A stretch of 63,154 nucleotides of DNA, filler included, from Basidioascus undulatus (lineage: Eukaryota), in NCBI GenBank assembly GCA_000826855.1. It is 3 parts of 3 records of this genome, joined end to end, with 100 filler letters (N's around TTAATTAATTAA, not from the genome) between each part and the next. Parts side by side here need not be neighbours in the genome. Positions count along the whole stretch, not along the records: positions 42,181 to 63,154 come from JTLS01000349.1; 2 more parts are not named here. One strand, given 5' to 3'. Below are positions 50,168 through 63,044 of this stretch, in pieces (within the stretch, counting starts at the first letter, position 1; every line of letters begins with the position of its first letter). Both the position numbers and the translations under genes were made by a program. The notes under the pieces are model-generated. The model worked only from the letters and a program-made list of their open reading frames with translations. It made no database searches and was not told where the DNA came from.

Positions 50168-51866
50168 AGTGATCCGGGCGGGAGATTGACGATATAGAAC
50201 CTGAATGGACGTTTCAGACGAGTACAATGCAATCATGCTGTTTACGACCAAGCCAATTATTAGCCGGACGCTGAGTCCCGGCGTTCGCACCGTCAGCCTT
50301 GAGGCATTGGATGTTGATCCCACCTCGCGATCACGGAAGTGGTGATGCTGGCCCGGCACTTCCCATCAAAGAGCCAGCCCGCCAAATATGGAGGTTTTTC
50401 GAACCAGTACGCTCCGAAGGATTCTGCAAGCTCGAGCCTGCAGCCTGCCCTAGCAGTGCGAGCCGCAGTCTACCTCGTTTGCCGAGGCATAATTCTGGGG
50501 CAGCGGACGAAGGAGCAGCTACTGAAAGAGATTAAAAGTGCCTTAATTCCCCTGGTCAATGTGAGTTTGCTCACGATCCCCGAAATGTATGAGTGTCGCT
50601 GGAAGGAGAATTGCAGAGCGTGTGGCCTACCCAACCCCCCGCACTGCTGATCGCCCAGCGCTGGCTCCCGGAGGTGTGGGAGCCTTACAACGTCCTTAAT
50701 GTCGGACTGACGGTTTGGGTGCGTGTCTCCAGTAGCCTCACCGTGGTCTTCCGATCCCTGAACGGATTCTATTTCGGTAGTTCGTGCTGCTGTACGTCTT
50801 GGTAGAAACTGGGCGGAGACTTGTGTGATGGAACTGACTCAGAGATGCAGGGAAAAGAAGCGCAACGTCGCTGCGCTTAAGAAGGAGGTGGGAGAGAGCC
50901 GGAAGGAGAGACAGGAAAAGACTGAGGAGAAGGACAAGAACAAAGAATAGTAGATTGACTGCATGCCTGCACTGCACATCATCTGGTGTCTCTCAGCCAA
51001 GGTTGCTGCCGCAAATCGAGCGCGATCAATGTTGAAAACAGTGCCAGGACGCGGTGAAGTAACCTTGGTTACTTCCCGGAAAAAGAAAAGCGGGTTGAGC
51101 ACGACAGGATTCGAAATATCTCGAGCGGAGACAGACGGTTAGCTCCGCCAGCGCGGCGGAGCAAGGAGACTCTTCAAACGAGCCCCCCAAATCGTGGTCG
51201 GGCGACGTCCATCTCGATCTAGATCTCGCGGTATAGATATCCCTGGTCTACAAGGACAGGCGGGGCCGCTCAACACTTAGACCCGGCTGGGGCCTTCTGG
51301 TGAGGCATGCGCCTTGGTGCTTTGGTGCTTTGGCAAAAGCACAAAACCAGGGAATGGCTCAAGGACCGCCCTTAAACTATTCGCGCCCGGCGACCAGGAA
51401 GTCCAAAAGATGACCCGTAAGCTGAACTGGCTTAAATGCTTGCGGCCCGCACAGGAGTGTGTCAGCGCGAGGGACAGCGTCGCGCGCGGTCAGTAGCTGC
51501 AACGAAGGACGTCACGACCGCTCGACTTCACGACACAGGAGGAGGGCTCTGATGAAAGAGTTGATTAATATGAAAACACCGGAAAGTTGGGGTGCCGGAC
51601 AGGAGCCAGCTGGGAAATGCAAATCAAAGTCGTGAGCCGAGCCGGCTGTAACGGGGCAGCGAAGTGCGTATGCAATGATGCGGAATCCGCAGGGCAGGAA
51701 CGAGGTTCATGCCGAACGCGTCGGCGTTTGAAAAGTGAGCTAAGATGATGAGGAGGGACGACGCAATGTATGTTAGGCAAGGAACGTTACATGTGCGCAA
51801 GGCGATCAAAGCCGACTTCTTCAGCAGGCTCAGGCTCACACGCAGCCACTTCAAACGCAAGTAAAT

Positions 51867-52735
51867 CTATGATTTCTGTGGAAAACGGTTTCGATGAGCA
51901 TCATGCTAGGCCAGTGAAGTTTGCATCAGCGAGGCGCTCACCTTTACCACCCCATCCGCCTTGACGATCTTCCCGATCTCGTCCCACACCTTCTGCATCA
52001 CCACGCCTCCCTCCTCACACATATGCAGCTCGTCGAGACTCAGCGGACCGAGCACGTAGTCCGAAACATTCACACCAGGCGGCTTGCCGATCCCGACGCG
52101 GATGCGGTGGAAGGCGGGTGTGCCAAGGGAGGAGATGGTGGATCGGAGCCCGTTGTGCCCGGATGGGGAACCGGAGAACTTGGTGGAGACCTGGACAAGT
52201 AACCATCAGTTGGCAAAGGGGACTCGTGGTGTTATAGAGGATAGAGGCGCACCTTGCCCGGATCCCGTCCAAGATCGTCATGGATGACGATCACCCGCCG
52301 CGCTACCGCCTCCCTGTTCTGCTGCGCAAATGGCTTGCCATCCAAGAAGCACTGCCGCACGGCCTTGTGCACCGCCGACCCGCTGATGTTCATCAGCAGC
52401 CTAGGCTTGAGCAGCGTCAGCCGTATCCGCTCCTCCGGCGGCGGCGGCGGTGGTGGAGAAGGCGGCGCTACGGCTCCCTCTCCGTTCTTGTTGGCTGGTA
52501 GCGGTGCGCGCTTCCGCTTTTTGGACGGCGGCGAGGCAGACACGAGTGCGGAGATGGGGAGCTCGACAGAGGCCGTCCAGCCGGGGAGCGAGCGATCGAG
52601 CGACCAGATGGCGGGTCGAGGAGCGGAGGCGCGAGAGAGGAACGAGTGCAGTAGGTTCTGCCCGATCGAATGCCGGGTGTTGGGATGCGTGTAGTTGCCG
52701 AGGCCGACTAGGAGGTAATGCCGAGTCGCTGCCAT
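51867..52735 (-). CDS. PTH1: Peptidyl-tRNA hydrolase (bacterial-type Pth1)
   Basis: LLVGLGNY...NTRHSIG, LLKPRLLMNISGSAV, IVIHDDL, GHNGLRS, FHRIRVGIGKP, VSDYVLG; two introns. Confidence 0.92.
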
Positions 52736-52933
52736 CGTCGCAGGGAACAAAGTCGAGGAAGAAGATGATGGCAGAGGAGGAGGAGTTCAGTGCGGTCGAA
52801 GCGAGAAGACGCGTTCTCGTAAGCAGCTTCTGTCAGCAGTCGTAGTGCAGTACCTTGCCTGCTTATTCCGCAAACAACCATAAGGTGCGTCTGTTACTGA
52901 GCAAGCTAAAAGTCTCCAGTTGCAAGCCCTAAT

Positions 52934-54366
52934 CTACTCCTCACTCTCATCCGCCTCTTTCCCATCTTCGTACAGGACAGCCTTTACCTCGTCCATGTCC
53001 TTCTCGGCGTCCCACGACCAGCGCGGGATCTCGATGCCTCTGAAGTGAAATGTCAGATCGCATCATGGTAGAGGGATCAGAGTGCACGCACTCGATAGTG
53101 CGGCCGTAGCTGTCAAGCGTGAAAGGTAAGCTCCCCGCGGCGTGGTTCGTTGCGAAAACAGGCAGCTCACCCGATACCGCCCAGCCTGCTAACAGGGCGT
53201 AATTTCGCCAGGTCGATAGCCAGGCTACCCTCCCCCGTCAAGTCGGCTCTCCAGTGGAAACGCTTGACGCGTCCGAATACGACCGTGCGTGACACCTGCC
53301 CCACGTCGTTGTGCTGCTCGTAGACGTGCTCTAGGAAGCACTCCATGGCGAAGGGCGACTCGGCCACACGAGGAGGTTTGACGACACTACATCCGGGCAG
53401 GGTAAGAAATATTCAGGGTAAGGGAAAGCAGGAAACGAACTCGGAAGGTATCGGTGTGAGGCCCGCTAGCTGCCACTCGGACACATCCGGCGGAGAGTCG
53501 ATCGCTGTGTAGTGGGCCGCCTGCAACGACTCGTCAGCTAATATTCTCACGTTAGGCCGTAACAAATGATATGCGAACCTCGAGGAAGCTCTCCGAGATG
53601 ATGTTGACGACAAAGTCGTTGTTAACCAGGATTGCCTTGGCAATGTCTGTTTCATATACTTCAGCCATAGAATACGGATGATGGATATCAGAACGAGCCT
53701 TTGGTGCGCTGTCCGTCTGGAGCAATGCTGAACATGATGGTAGCTAAAAGTAGGAACGGAAGATCAGTAGCATGCGCAGTTGACGCTCTCGCGGCGGCGG
53801 AAGCGGGGACGCACGAGGATCAGAGCCTGCTCAAAAAGTGTTCAGTTGTTTATGTACAAACATAATTGCCTCGCACACGTTTACCGATTGGGGCGAAGAA
53901 ACTGAACGGCGCCAGGTTATGCACACCCTCTTCGCTGATCGTCGAAACGAGAGCGATGGGACGAGGCGACTGGCGGCGACGTTCAGCGGTCCGACGTTCG
54001 GAGACACCATGTCACAACTCACGATTGCTCCCATCATCAGCTTGTAGATATCCCTCTTCTCGGGAACATCGTCAGGGTTGAGCGTCTTCCAACCCGCCAG
54101 CGGGTAAGGGACGCCGTTCGCGCCCTGGCCGGGCTTCCTGCGGTCGAAGGCACAAGAGTCAATTGCCGGGGTAAGTAATGCGATATATTGAATCATGGAC
54201 GCGAACCAATCCGGTTCAGGAGCCTGCACGTAGCGGAACGTTGTAGCTTCGAAAGGAGGCCGAGAGGCTTCGAGCGCTGCAAGCGACAAACGAAAGTGAG
54301 CAGATTCGAGTGGGCGAGGGATTCGATAGGTGTGAGCTAACTTTTGAAATCAGGATGACTGGACAT
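52934..54366 (-). CDS. Flavin reductase-like FMN-binding split-barrel protein
   Basis: MSSHPDFK..EASRPPF..PEPDW|KPGQGAN, YKLMMGAI|SPRPIALVSTISEEGVHNLAPFS, FVVNIISESF, IDSPPDVSEWQLAGLTP, VKPPRVAESPFAMEC, IDLAKLRPVSRLGGI. Confidence 0.88.
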
Positions 54367-54873
54367 GATCGAAAGCTCTTCGAGAAACCGAGGTGAGCTT
54401 GCGTGAGCACGTATGCGGAACGACGTGATGGTCGGTAGGCAAGCGCTCCGAGCTACCAGTGCCAGCCCGGCAGATGTCTCCTCCGGATCAAGTTCTTCCC
54501 GTTCTCCCGCTCACGTCTTCGTAAACCCAGCTCTCACAATTCTCTTCGAGCTTTTACTGTGTTCTCCCTTCGTTTATCCAAACACGCAGTTCAAGATTCT
54601 GATCCCCATTATTTCGCAGCGTGACTGAGAGTCAACCTTCTGTCGAGAGCGAGTGAACTTACCTCTGATCAGAAACGCTGCGAATCCGCTAGTAGAAAAA
54701 TCTTGCAAAGGCAGGCAGCATCGCCTCTTCAACGAAGCGTGCTCATGGTTCACGCGGTTAGCTCTACCGCCAAACGGCCTGGAACCCGATGCGAAGCAGC
54801 AACAAATCCACATGGCGACCTAGCCTCAATGTCGCATTACCAGTGCATCGACAGGCGTTTTTCTTCATCCCCT

Positions 54874-57800
54874 TCACAACTTCCTCTGCACAAAGCTTTC
54901 GATGACGCCCGCCGGCGTGGTCTCGTACTCCTTGAGCTCGATCTTGCCATCGGGGCCAACAAACGTGTTCGGCTGCGCAAAGATCTTGCGGGGCTGTAGC
55001 AACGCATGGAGCAAGGTCAGCGAATGAAATACGGGAAAGACACACAGTAAAGGAGGCGAACCTGCTTCTTCTTCAGCACGAGGTCCCGCAGCTCGTCCGC
55101 CCAACCCGGCAAAGGCTCGGTGAGCTTCTCGTCTGTAGGAGGACGGAGCGCGAGTTTGTCAGGGACAGCATCCGAGAGAAGAACAATGGCAGTGACGAAC
55201 AGAACTCGATGGCGCCCTTGCGATCAGCGATAGCGCGGCGGACCTGGCAGTCCCAGCTCGTGTCAGCCATCACCGGCACACACGCGCTCTACGCCAGACG
55301 TACCTGCAAGTCAACCAGCAGCTTGCCCATCGTAGTCCGGGCCTGCTTCAGCACGGCCTCGCGGTCGACCTAAAATCAGCAGGTAGATCAGAATAACATG
55401 CTTCCTCGCAGGACGGCGCCAACCCGGCTGACCCTGATGTGCGCGTCCTCGAGCTCGCCGTGGTCGTTCCGGATCAGCGTAAGCTTGGCGATGCCGTCCT
55501 CGATGAGCTTATTCGTGATGCCGAGGCGGGCGCCCATGTGGGCTTGGGCTGGCATTCGAGGATGGCGCTTCAGCATGAGGGGCCGAGGTCCGACAACGAC
55601 GAAAGAAACGGTCTCACTGTGGCGTTTGGCCTTCGGGTCGTAAAACTCGAGCGCCCTGCACATGATATCTTACTGTCAGCGAATACTCAGCAGTACGCGA
55701 ACATTGCACTGCGATGACTAACCGAACACCAGCGCGCGCCATAAGAAGGAATGTGGCGACCTGAATGTCCTCCTTGCCCTGCTGGTCGTTATAACCGAAC
55801 AGCTCGAGGATCTCGTTGTTGCTGACGACTGAGAAGCCCGGGGAACTCATGAGCTAGCGACTTCTGTGGGCAAGCGAGCATAACGCACGGTAGAGCGCGA
55901 CCGACTCGGCGCGGCACTCCTCGTAGCTAGACGAGACGTGGCCGAGGACAGATCCAGGAGTCTGGCCCGGCTTGTACCAGGTTGTGCTGCACAGATGACC
56001 GCAGCCCGTCAGCTTCGGGCGATGTACCTTGTCTGATCAAAGTGAACGCACATCTTCTCCCCCGTCAAAGGGTTCTTGACCTGCTCCCCCGATGGCATCA
56101 GCCGGAAATACAAGGACCTCGACCTCGTGCAGACGCGCCTTCTCCGGGTCGAAGTTGAGCTTCCCCTGCGCATCCTCCCCGAACAGCTTGCCCGACCTGC
56201 AGATAACTCCGGCATCAGCTTCGAAGCTCTATCGCGACATCGAGAGTTGGCAACGCACCCGTGCCCCAGCAGCCTACCCTTGTCATATCAGCACGATTTC
56301 GCTAGTTGAGTAAAAAGTAACGTCACGCACTCATGGTTAGCGACTTGGAGGTCGAACGCGCGCGTATCCCAAGCCTGCAGGGTGGGGAAGTGCGTCAACC
56401 TCAACATCTGCTGACGCCTTGCCAAGCTCGCCGCGAGGCCTACCTTGTAGAAGTCGACATCCTCGGGCGCGATGAACGTGAGAACCTCGTTCGGGGCTTT
56501 TGCACTGCACGGCGAGGAGGAAGTCAGAACGGTGGGGTGCGAGCGCGCGAATACAAGTTCAGGACGAACGAGAGGATGTTGGACACTGTGCGTCGACACT
56601 GGCACGGTCAGCTGTTGTGTTTGCTTCTACAAAAACAGGTAGACACACAGGACACGTTTTTGAACCCGTCCTGCTCGCGGACCTCGTAGTAGCTGCGTCC
56701 CAATCCCCCAAAGTCAACAGCCGCTCTCCATTCTCCCCCGCAAGACACGACACTCACTTGGGGATGTTGATCCCAGCCGGGATACCGCCGGTCGAGAACC
56801 CCAGAATCTCCAGCGCAGTGAAGTCGGGGCGCTTGAACTCGTCGACCTCGAAGTCCTTCCCCCACGGCAGGTCCTCGATCAGGTGCTCGGCGCGGTTGAC
56901 GAGCTTCTCGAACTTGGCGGACTGCTCCTTGTTCTATTGGACGAAAGGACAGGTACCGAAATCGTCAGGAAGCACCGGTTGAGTGTATTGGGAGAAGATG
57001 GAAGACGGACAACGATGGCGACGAAGCCTTCCCACTCAGCGCGCGCGCCGTACGGGTCCACGTAGCTGAGGAGGGCCTGACTGAGCCAAACAGTTGCCGT
57101 GGATGGAAGATCGGTAAGACTTACGTCTCGATGAAGCCGAGGTAGGACTCGACAACGGGGCCGACGTCCTATCACCGGGCAAAGATGGGCGTGAGAAGGC
57201 CGCGCAAGGGCATGGAAGTACAAAAGAGGCAGACCTTGACCCAGTGCCGCGACCCCTCGATGTGCGCCTTAATATCGCCCGTCTCGAAGCTGTTCCAACC
57301 CGCTCAGCTTCCTATTCCCCGGGAGAAAGTAGACGAACCCCTCATGCGAACGTACGACTCGATATACTTCTCGATCATCTTCTGCTGGTGCTCATTCGCA
57401 GCGTGCTTCCTAGCCTGTCCTCTCCCGCACAATCAGCATCGCTCTCCTTCTGCGCAGCAAACACAGCCTCGCACCTCCGCCAGCGCCTTCGCAATCCTGC
57501 CCAGCGCCTCGCTCGCGTCCCCGTACTTGACAGTGAGCTCCAGCTTCTCGCCGTCGATCTCGAGCTCGTGCGTCTTCGGCTCGGAGGAGACCTCCGCGGA
57601 GGCGATCAGGAGGGTGTACACGCGGGGGGCGGCCTTGAAGACGCTGTGGGGCCGGAGAATCAGCAAAGGTGGATGGGGTGCGAGAGGAATGGGGTCAAGG
57701 ACGCACCGAGTGTTGAGCACGTCGATGCCCAGCTTCTCGGCGGCCTTTTGGATACGAGCGACTTCTTTGTCGGAAGAGATGCGCTCGCCGAGGTAGTACC

Positions 57801-58866
57801 CCGACCGGTGACCGTCGGACGGCTTGCCGATGAGGGTCGCCTGTCCCCCAGAACCCCTTGTGTCAATTTTCGAGTTTTGTGACAACAGCAGTAGCCGTAC
57901 CGCACCTCCTCCGGCTCGTAAGAGTAGATCTCGTCCTTCAGCTTCTCCCAGAGGGGCAGGACGGCGGTCGCGTTCGGCGAGCGAGAGATGGCGAGTGTGA
58001 GGGAGGAGGGCTTGAGGCGAGGGATGAACTGGGGTCCGTTAAGGAAGGCGGATCAGTTGATCGTGAGAGGTTACAGGGGTGAGAGCGTTTGACCTTGAGG
58101 TTACCGAATGACTGCAGTGCAACTGAAGTCAGCATGGTCGTCTCAAGCCTGATCTCGGAAGTACGAGCATACACGGTAGTTGGTGAGGTTGGACAGGACC
58201 TGCAGGACACTCTCAGCATCAAGACTCGTCTCGGATGGCAAAGAAGAAGATACCTGCGCCGAGTACGACAAGAACGCGTCCCACTCCTCGTCCCAAAGCT
58301 CGGGCGCAGCATCCCGGTACTTCTGGAGGTCCACCAGCTCGCCCGTAGTCGGGTCCGTGAACGTCTTCACGACGAGGTTGAACAGGTCCTCGGTATTCTC
58401 AGTCCACATGCCCTGCCGCCCCATCCCCAGTCAATCTCGTCCATGCGCCCACAAATGGAGTACGGAGAAGACGGAGACGCACCATGATGATCCTCGCGCC
58501 CTCCCAGCCCGCCCGGCCCATCCAGTGCGCGTACGCGCGCTCCTGCTCCGTGAGCGCCTTCCACGCCTCGCCGATGTTGAGCCCGCACACGGGCGGCTCC
58601 TTGTCTGCCAGCAGCTGCTCCGGCGTGCCGGCGTAGCCCTTCGGAGGCGGTGGCGGCCCGGCGGGCTCTGCACCTGGGGGAGGACCGAGGATGATGGGCG
58701 ACATTCTGAAGCTTCTGGTGAAGGCAGGAGAGACGGCCGGGAACGGTTTGAAGGCGGCCTGGCTCGTGGGGAAGCTCTGAATAGAGTAAAGTGGTGGCCG
58801 ATGGGAGGGTGAAAGGGGTCTGGATGAGAGGAGAGTGCGGGTGAGCCGCAAGGAAGACGTTCGCAT
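54874..58866 (-). CDS. DPP3: Dipeptidyl peptidase III (M49 metallopeptidase), many exons
   Basis: [94 protein letters not shown] (HELLGH), [42 protein letters not shown]. Alternative start at ATG 58704. Confidence 0.96.
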
Positions 58867-59473
58867 GCTTTGGTCAAGGTACACCGCGTGCGCACAACGC
58901 GGCGTCATGTCCGGCTTTCGGTTGCGTTATCGCCGCAGGCACGGTTGAAACACTGAACTTTCACATTTGTACAGAGACATTTCTGCCTGTATGAATTAAC
59001 TGACATTAAGACGTACAGGCTTTGGGGAAGCCGGTATGCCCCAAGTGCGACGTGGAAGAGACTGGTTAGAGACGATATCAAGCACAAATTTTCACCGTCG
59101 TGGGTCCCAGTACGAGGTAACAGTTCCCTGAATTGGAAGGAGCAGAGATGGAAAGAATGTACACACCATGGGTCAGATCAGCAAGGGACGCGCTGAGGGA
59201 TAGAATCTCCGATCGGTAGTCCTGCGAGAGCCGCCATCCCGTTTCCCTCTAAATATAACTGAATGACGAAAGAGGTCAACTGATGGGAGTAGATGTATGA
59301 GTACAAAGGGGTCGCGTTTATAATCGATTGCGAGGGACTGCCGGAGGTAGTCAGCAAACCGGCTGTCGAATCAGCACATCAAGCTGCAGGTCTCGCATCC
59401 TTTCCCCCGACTAGCTTTTCGTCACAGGCCTCAAGAAAGCCTCAAATTCCCACCCTGTATCCAGATCCCTCCG

Positions 59474-60008
59474 TCATCCGACCCGGCGCTCCACGACGTT
59501 CATGCGTGCCTCAGCTGCTCTCCATTCGCGCCGTTTGTGTGATTCGACCTGGTGCAGTACGGACCCGTAGGTGCATCGTTGATGCGTCGCAGTGTCGCGT
59601 GGAATACGGAACAAGAACTCGAAACTGCGTATTTCATCAACCCGTCAAAGCCTTGAAATTGCTTAAATACTTTCTGATCAATGCCACGTACGGATGAGTG
59701 CCAGCGCCCAACATCCGTCCGCCGGGCTCGAGCGGCACTTCGATTGTCTCCTCGACCGTCACGGAGTCCTCGGTTCCGCCCCGCCGGAATCGAACGGTCT
59801 CCAGGCCAGTAAACTTGATCGTCAGGCTCATGAGCCTTTGCGTGAATGATAGTGTCAAGTCGATGGTTCCGTGAAGCATAGCATGATCGGCGGCTCCCGG
59901 TAGAAACACCGCAGGATCCAGGTTTGATGTCGTCGGGCCCGAAGGGCAAACGAAAATGAGGTTTGTATCGAGATTGACAGCGATTCGAGGACGATAGAAA
60001 ATGCTCAT
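59474..60008 (-). pseudogene. Truncated alpha-arrestin (arrestin N-domain only)
   Basis: MLHGTIDLTLSFTQRLMSLTIKFTGLETV...LGAGTH|FEFLFRIPRDTATHQRCTYGSVLHQV is an arrestin-N fold pattern. The frame stops shortly after and no C-domain is evident. Confidence 0.55.
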
Positions 60009-60253
60009 GTTAGCGGGAGGTGGAATTCGAGTGAGGTTGTTGTGTGCGAAGGCAAAGAAGGGCAAGAACAAGTCCGCTTGTCAAAATTCCAGGCGGGGTC
60101 GAGGCGGGGCGCCGCCATCGAGCTTTGTTGTTCTGTTTTTTTCTCTCCTTTCGGTTTCTTTCTCGATCAGCACTTGCAGTCTTGTGCAAACCATTGTTTC
60201 TTCATCCACGTACACATATTTCTTTGCCCATTACGCTATTGCCGCGACAACCA

Positions 60254-61301
60254 ATGACAACCAACCCTTTCGTCTTTCCCGCACCCGCGCTTTACACCAC
60301 CGTCGGCAGCCCGCTGCGACGCCAGCATGATTGCAAAGGTTTGAAATCAGCCAGTGTCAAAGGCTCCAAGATGATGATGTCCAGCCTCACCAAGCCAACC
60401 AGGAATCTTATAGCGAAGATTCCCCGCCAGTTCTGAACCCCGGAGGTTGCGAAGGTCAAGATGGCCCAGATCAGTTTTTATCTACATAGCGAGGTTGTCA
60501 GGGTCTGCATAATCTCATCAGTCTCTTTCGGTTGGAGTTACCCCAGAATGTATACGTGAGCGTCGACTCGGGTGAGGATCAACACGCCCGGCAGGAGGAA
60601 GATGCTTTCAAAAAATGGAGGCATTCAGCTGTTGCAGGACTTACACATATCCAATGTTGAAGGCTGCCTGACACAACGTGTACTCATTACCACACATGTT
60701 GAGTTCCCTATTGCGTTCAAACTTCAGGCAGCGCGCAATCCTCGTGCGCTGTGAAGGGCAAACTCACTCTTTCCTGGGAAGAGCAAAGCGGTCAGAGACT
60801 ACACGAAAGGCTCCTTGAGTCTTTCGAACTCACATCCCAGACAAGAAGGCATTCTGATGGTGCCCAAGCCATCCTTCGTCACCATATGTGGAGCTGCTAC
60901 CCGATCTCACGGGGGATGTCCCGGTGAACACCCTCGAAGAGTTTCTCGCTCGCCACAGTGCTCAGCTGCTCAACATCAATCCCGGCTTGTTGGACGATGT
61001 CCTTTTGCCCGAGATTCTGTCGCTCTGTCCGAAATTGGGGAACCTCGAGATTAATCACGTCAACTCTGTGTCATTTGCACCGGTCGCTGATCAGCTCGTC
61101 CGGGCTCTCCCGTCCACGCTGAGTACCATCCAGCTCTTCTTCCAGCACAATGTGAGAGTCCCTTGTCAAGGTTTGTCTGCAGTACTGAACGCGCTCCACA
61201 ACAACAAGCTACCTTCGTTGTTGAGCATCGATTTTCGACACTATGAGGACCATTATTTGACCGACGATATCAGGGCCTCTTGTGAACGAACTCGCTCATA
61301 G
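60254..61301 (+). pseudogene. Disrupted F-box/LRR-like gene
   Basis: LRR-like ORF (LLPEILSLCPKLGNLEI...LPSTLSTIQL...KLPSLLSIDF) preceded by stop-interrupted F-box-like text (IAKIP...VRVC...SYPRMY). Confidence 0.4.
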
Positions 61302-62187
61302 AGGCATAGCGGTCCTGTTTGCGCAAGAGCTGTTGATGGAAGCCAGATTTCATTGAGCATGTGCCATGAACTGAGGTAGTCGAGCCTGTACGGTCGAAGC
61401 GCAAGTACTCGGTTGTATGAAAGCCTGGCTTCGGTCGTCTTGCGCGGGGGAAGGGGATGCTCAAGGCAGCGTCAGACTAACAGGGTTATGCAATCCGGCT
61501 TGATCTCATTGACTACGAGACCAAAGACCACTCAAAGAACTAGATTTGACTTACTCAAGCTGTACCTCGTAATGCACAGTAGCGTTGCACACCTATTATG
61601 CCTCCAGTGGATTATAGAAGGTCCAGCAACATTGCTACGGAAAGCTAGTAAAATTAAAATGGCGTAATTTGTTCTGAAGCTTATGCACACTGGAGCATCA
61701 GCGGTGATCTGTGCGTCGTGTCTTGTGGGCAATCTTGATGGACCTCTGCCCTCTGCGACCACCTGCAAGAGTTGCGTTCTGGCTAAAGGAGCACAACGTA
61801 ATTTCTATACTGCCCTGCTGGATATCAACGGTACTACTTTTGCATCGTCCAGCCAAGATCCGCAGACTGTAGCGAGCCCCCGCAGCGAGTCATGGCAATG
61901 TAGCCGCATCGATCACGTACACTGACATGCTGAAGTCGCGACTACAGTACTCTTGCCTCGACGTCGTGCCCTACCTGCGCTCTGTTACAGATTACTCACC
62001 TTATAGCCATACTTCCTTATCCTGAACCATTCCACCTGGCTCGGGTTACTCCTTCCTGTCGAACGGCCAATGCATGCTCAACTGACCAGTCGAAACTCGG
62101 CGCATCGGCGGTCTGCACGATGCGCTCGTTTCCCGGACCCTCTTGCGGGGCAGAGTACACTAATTCTCACATGATCTCGCCGTATTC

Positions 62188-62261
62188 CCTGCCATCATTC
62201 CCATACACTTGTATCATCATTCCCATACACTCCTGCCATGATTCCCATACATTTGTATCAT
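62188..62261. repeat. Imperfect direct repeat: 30-bp unit x2 with a 14-bp internal partial copy
   Basis: CCTGCCATCATTCCCATACACTTGTATCAT / CATTCCCATACACT / CCTGCCATGATTCCCATACATTTGTATCAT. Confidence 0.75.
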
Positions 62262-62782
62262 CCCACTCTCAGACGTCTGGCCGTGGGTTGAACACTCATC
62301 GAGGTCAAATTGCAGCCTGCCACGGTGAGGAAACTTGGCGGTGGGTAAATAGAGACAAGAGTTCGACGGTGCAACAGAGCTTTAAAGCGGGAAAAAGTGA
62401 GCAATATGGCTTCTGCGAATTCAGCTGAATTGCGGAGATAGCTATCTGGATCCACGACTGACGGCGTGCGGAGGACATGCGAAGCCTGCAATGCGAGACC
62501 CATCTCTCCGGAATCAGCGGCTGGCGTTTAAGACAGGAATTTCCATTCTTTACAATCAGCAATATGCCAATCCGGCCAGCATAGGCCAGCTCAGCGCGAG
62601 GTCAGTTCAATTAGACGGGTATATCTATTCAATCGAGTACGAGTGCTAGTGCGAACACGAACGATCATCGCGGAAATGCTTCACTGCCCAACAATCCCCA
62701 CTCCCCATGAGCGTCCCAATCTCATCCCAATCCCAGCCTCAAACCGGAACGAGCCATCCTCCCACCCCCTCCCACCTCCACC

Positions 62783-63044
62783 CTACTCCTCCTTCTCCTT
62801 CCTCAGCGCCTCATCCAGGTCCTCCAGCTCCTTCAGCAGCTCCTACACTCCTTAATAGTCAGCATCCGCCACTCAAACAGAGCACAGCCGAAGAAGACGC
62901 ACAGCATTGGCCGGGTCAAACTCGAGCCCGAGCGCGATCGCGTCCCGCGCGTCCTGCGTGCGCCCGAGCGCGGCGAGCGCTTTGCCTTTCCGGAAGTGGC
63001 CCTTCGTCCAGGGGCGCTTGAGCTTCACTACGGCGTCGGCGTCA
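62783..63044 (-). CDS. SEC72: TPR-containing ER translocation protein Sec72, 3' exons only (truncated by contig end)
   Basis: DADAVVKLKRPWTKGHFRKGKALAALGRTQDARDAIALGLEFDPAN|ELLKELEDLDEALRKEKEE* matches the fungal Sec72 C-terminal TPR. Confidence 0.75.

Noticed and set aside
50300..51000. Short ORFs including a Lys/Glu-rich stretch
   Set aside because: No coherent exon chain or family motif could be supported.
62188..62261. Direct repeats as a possible CRISPR-like array
   Set aside because: Only two units, the spacer is itself a partial repeat, the context is eukaryotic and there are no cas genes.
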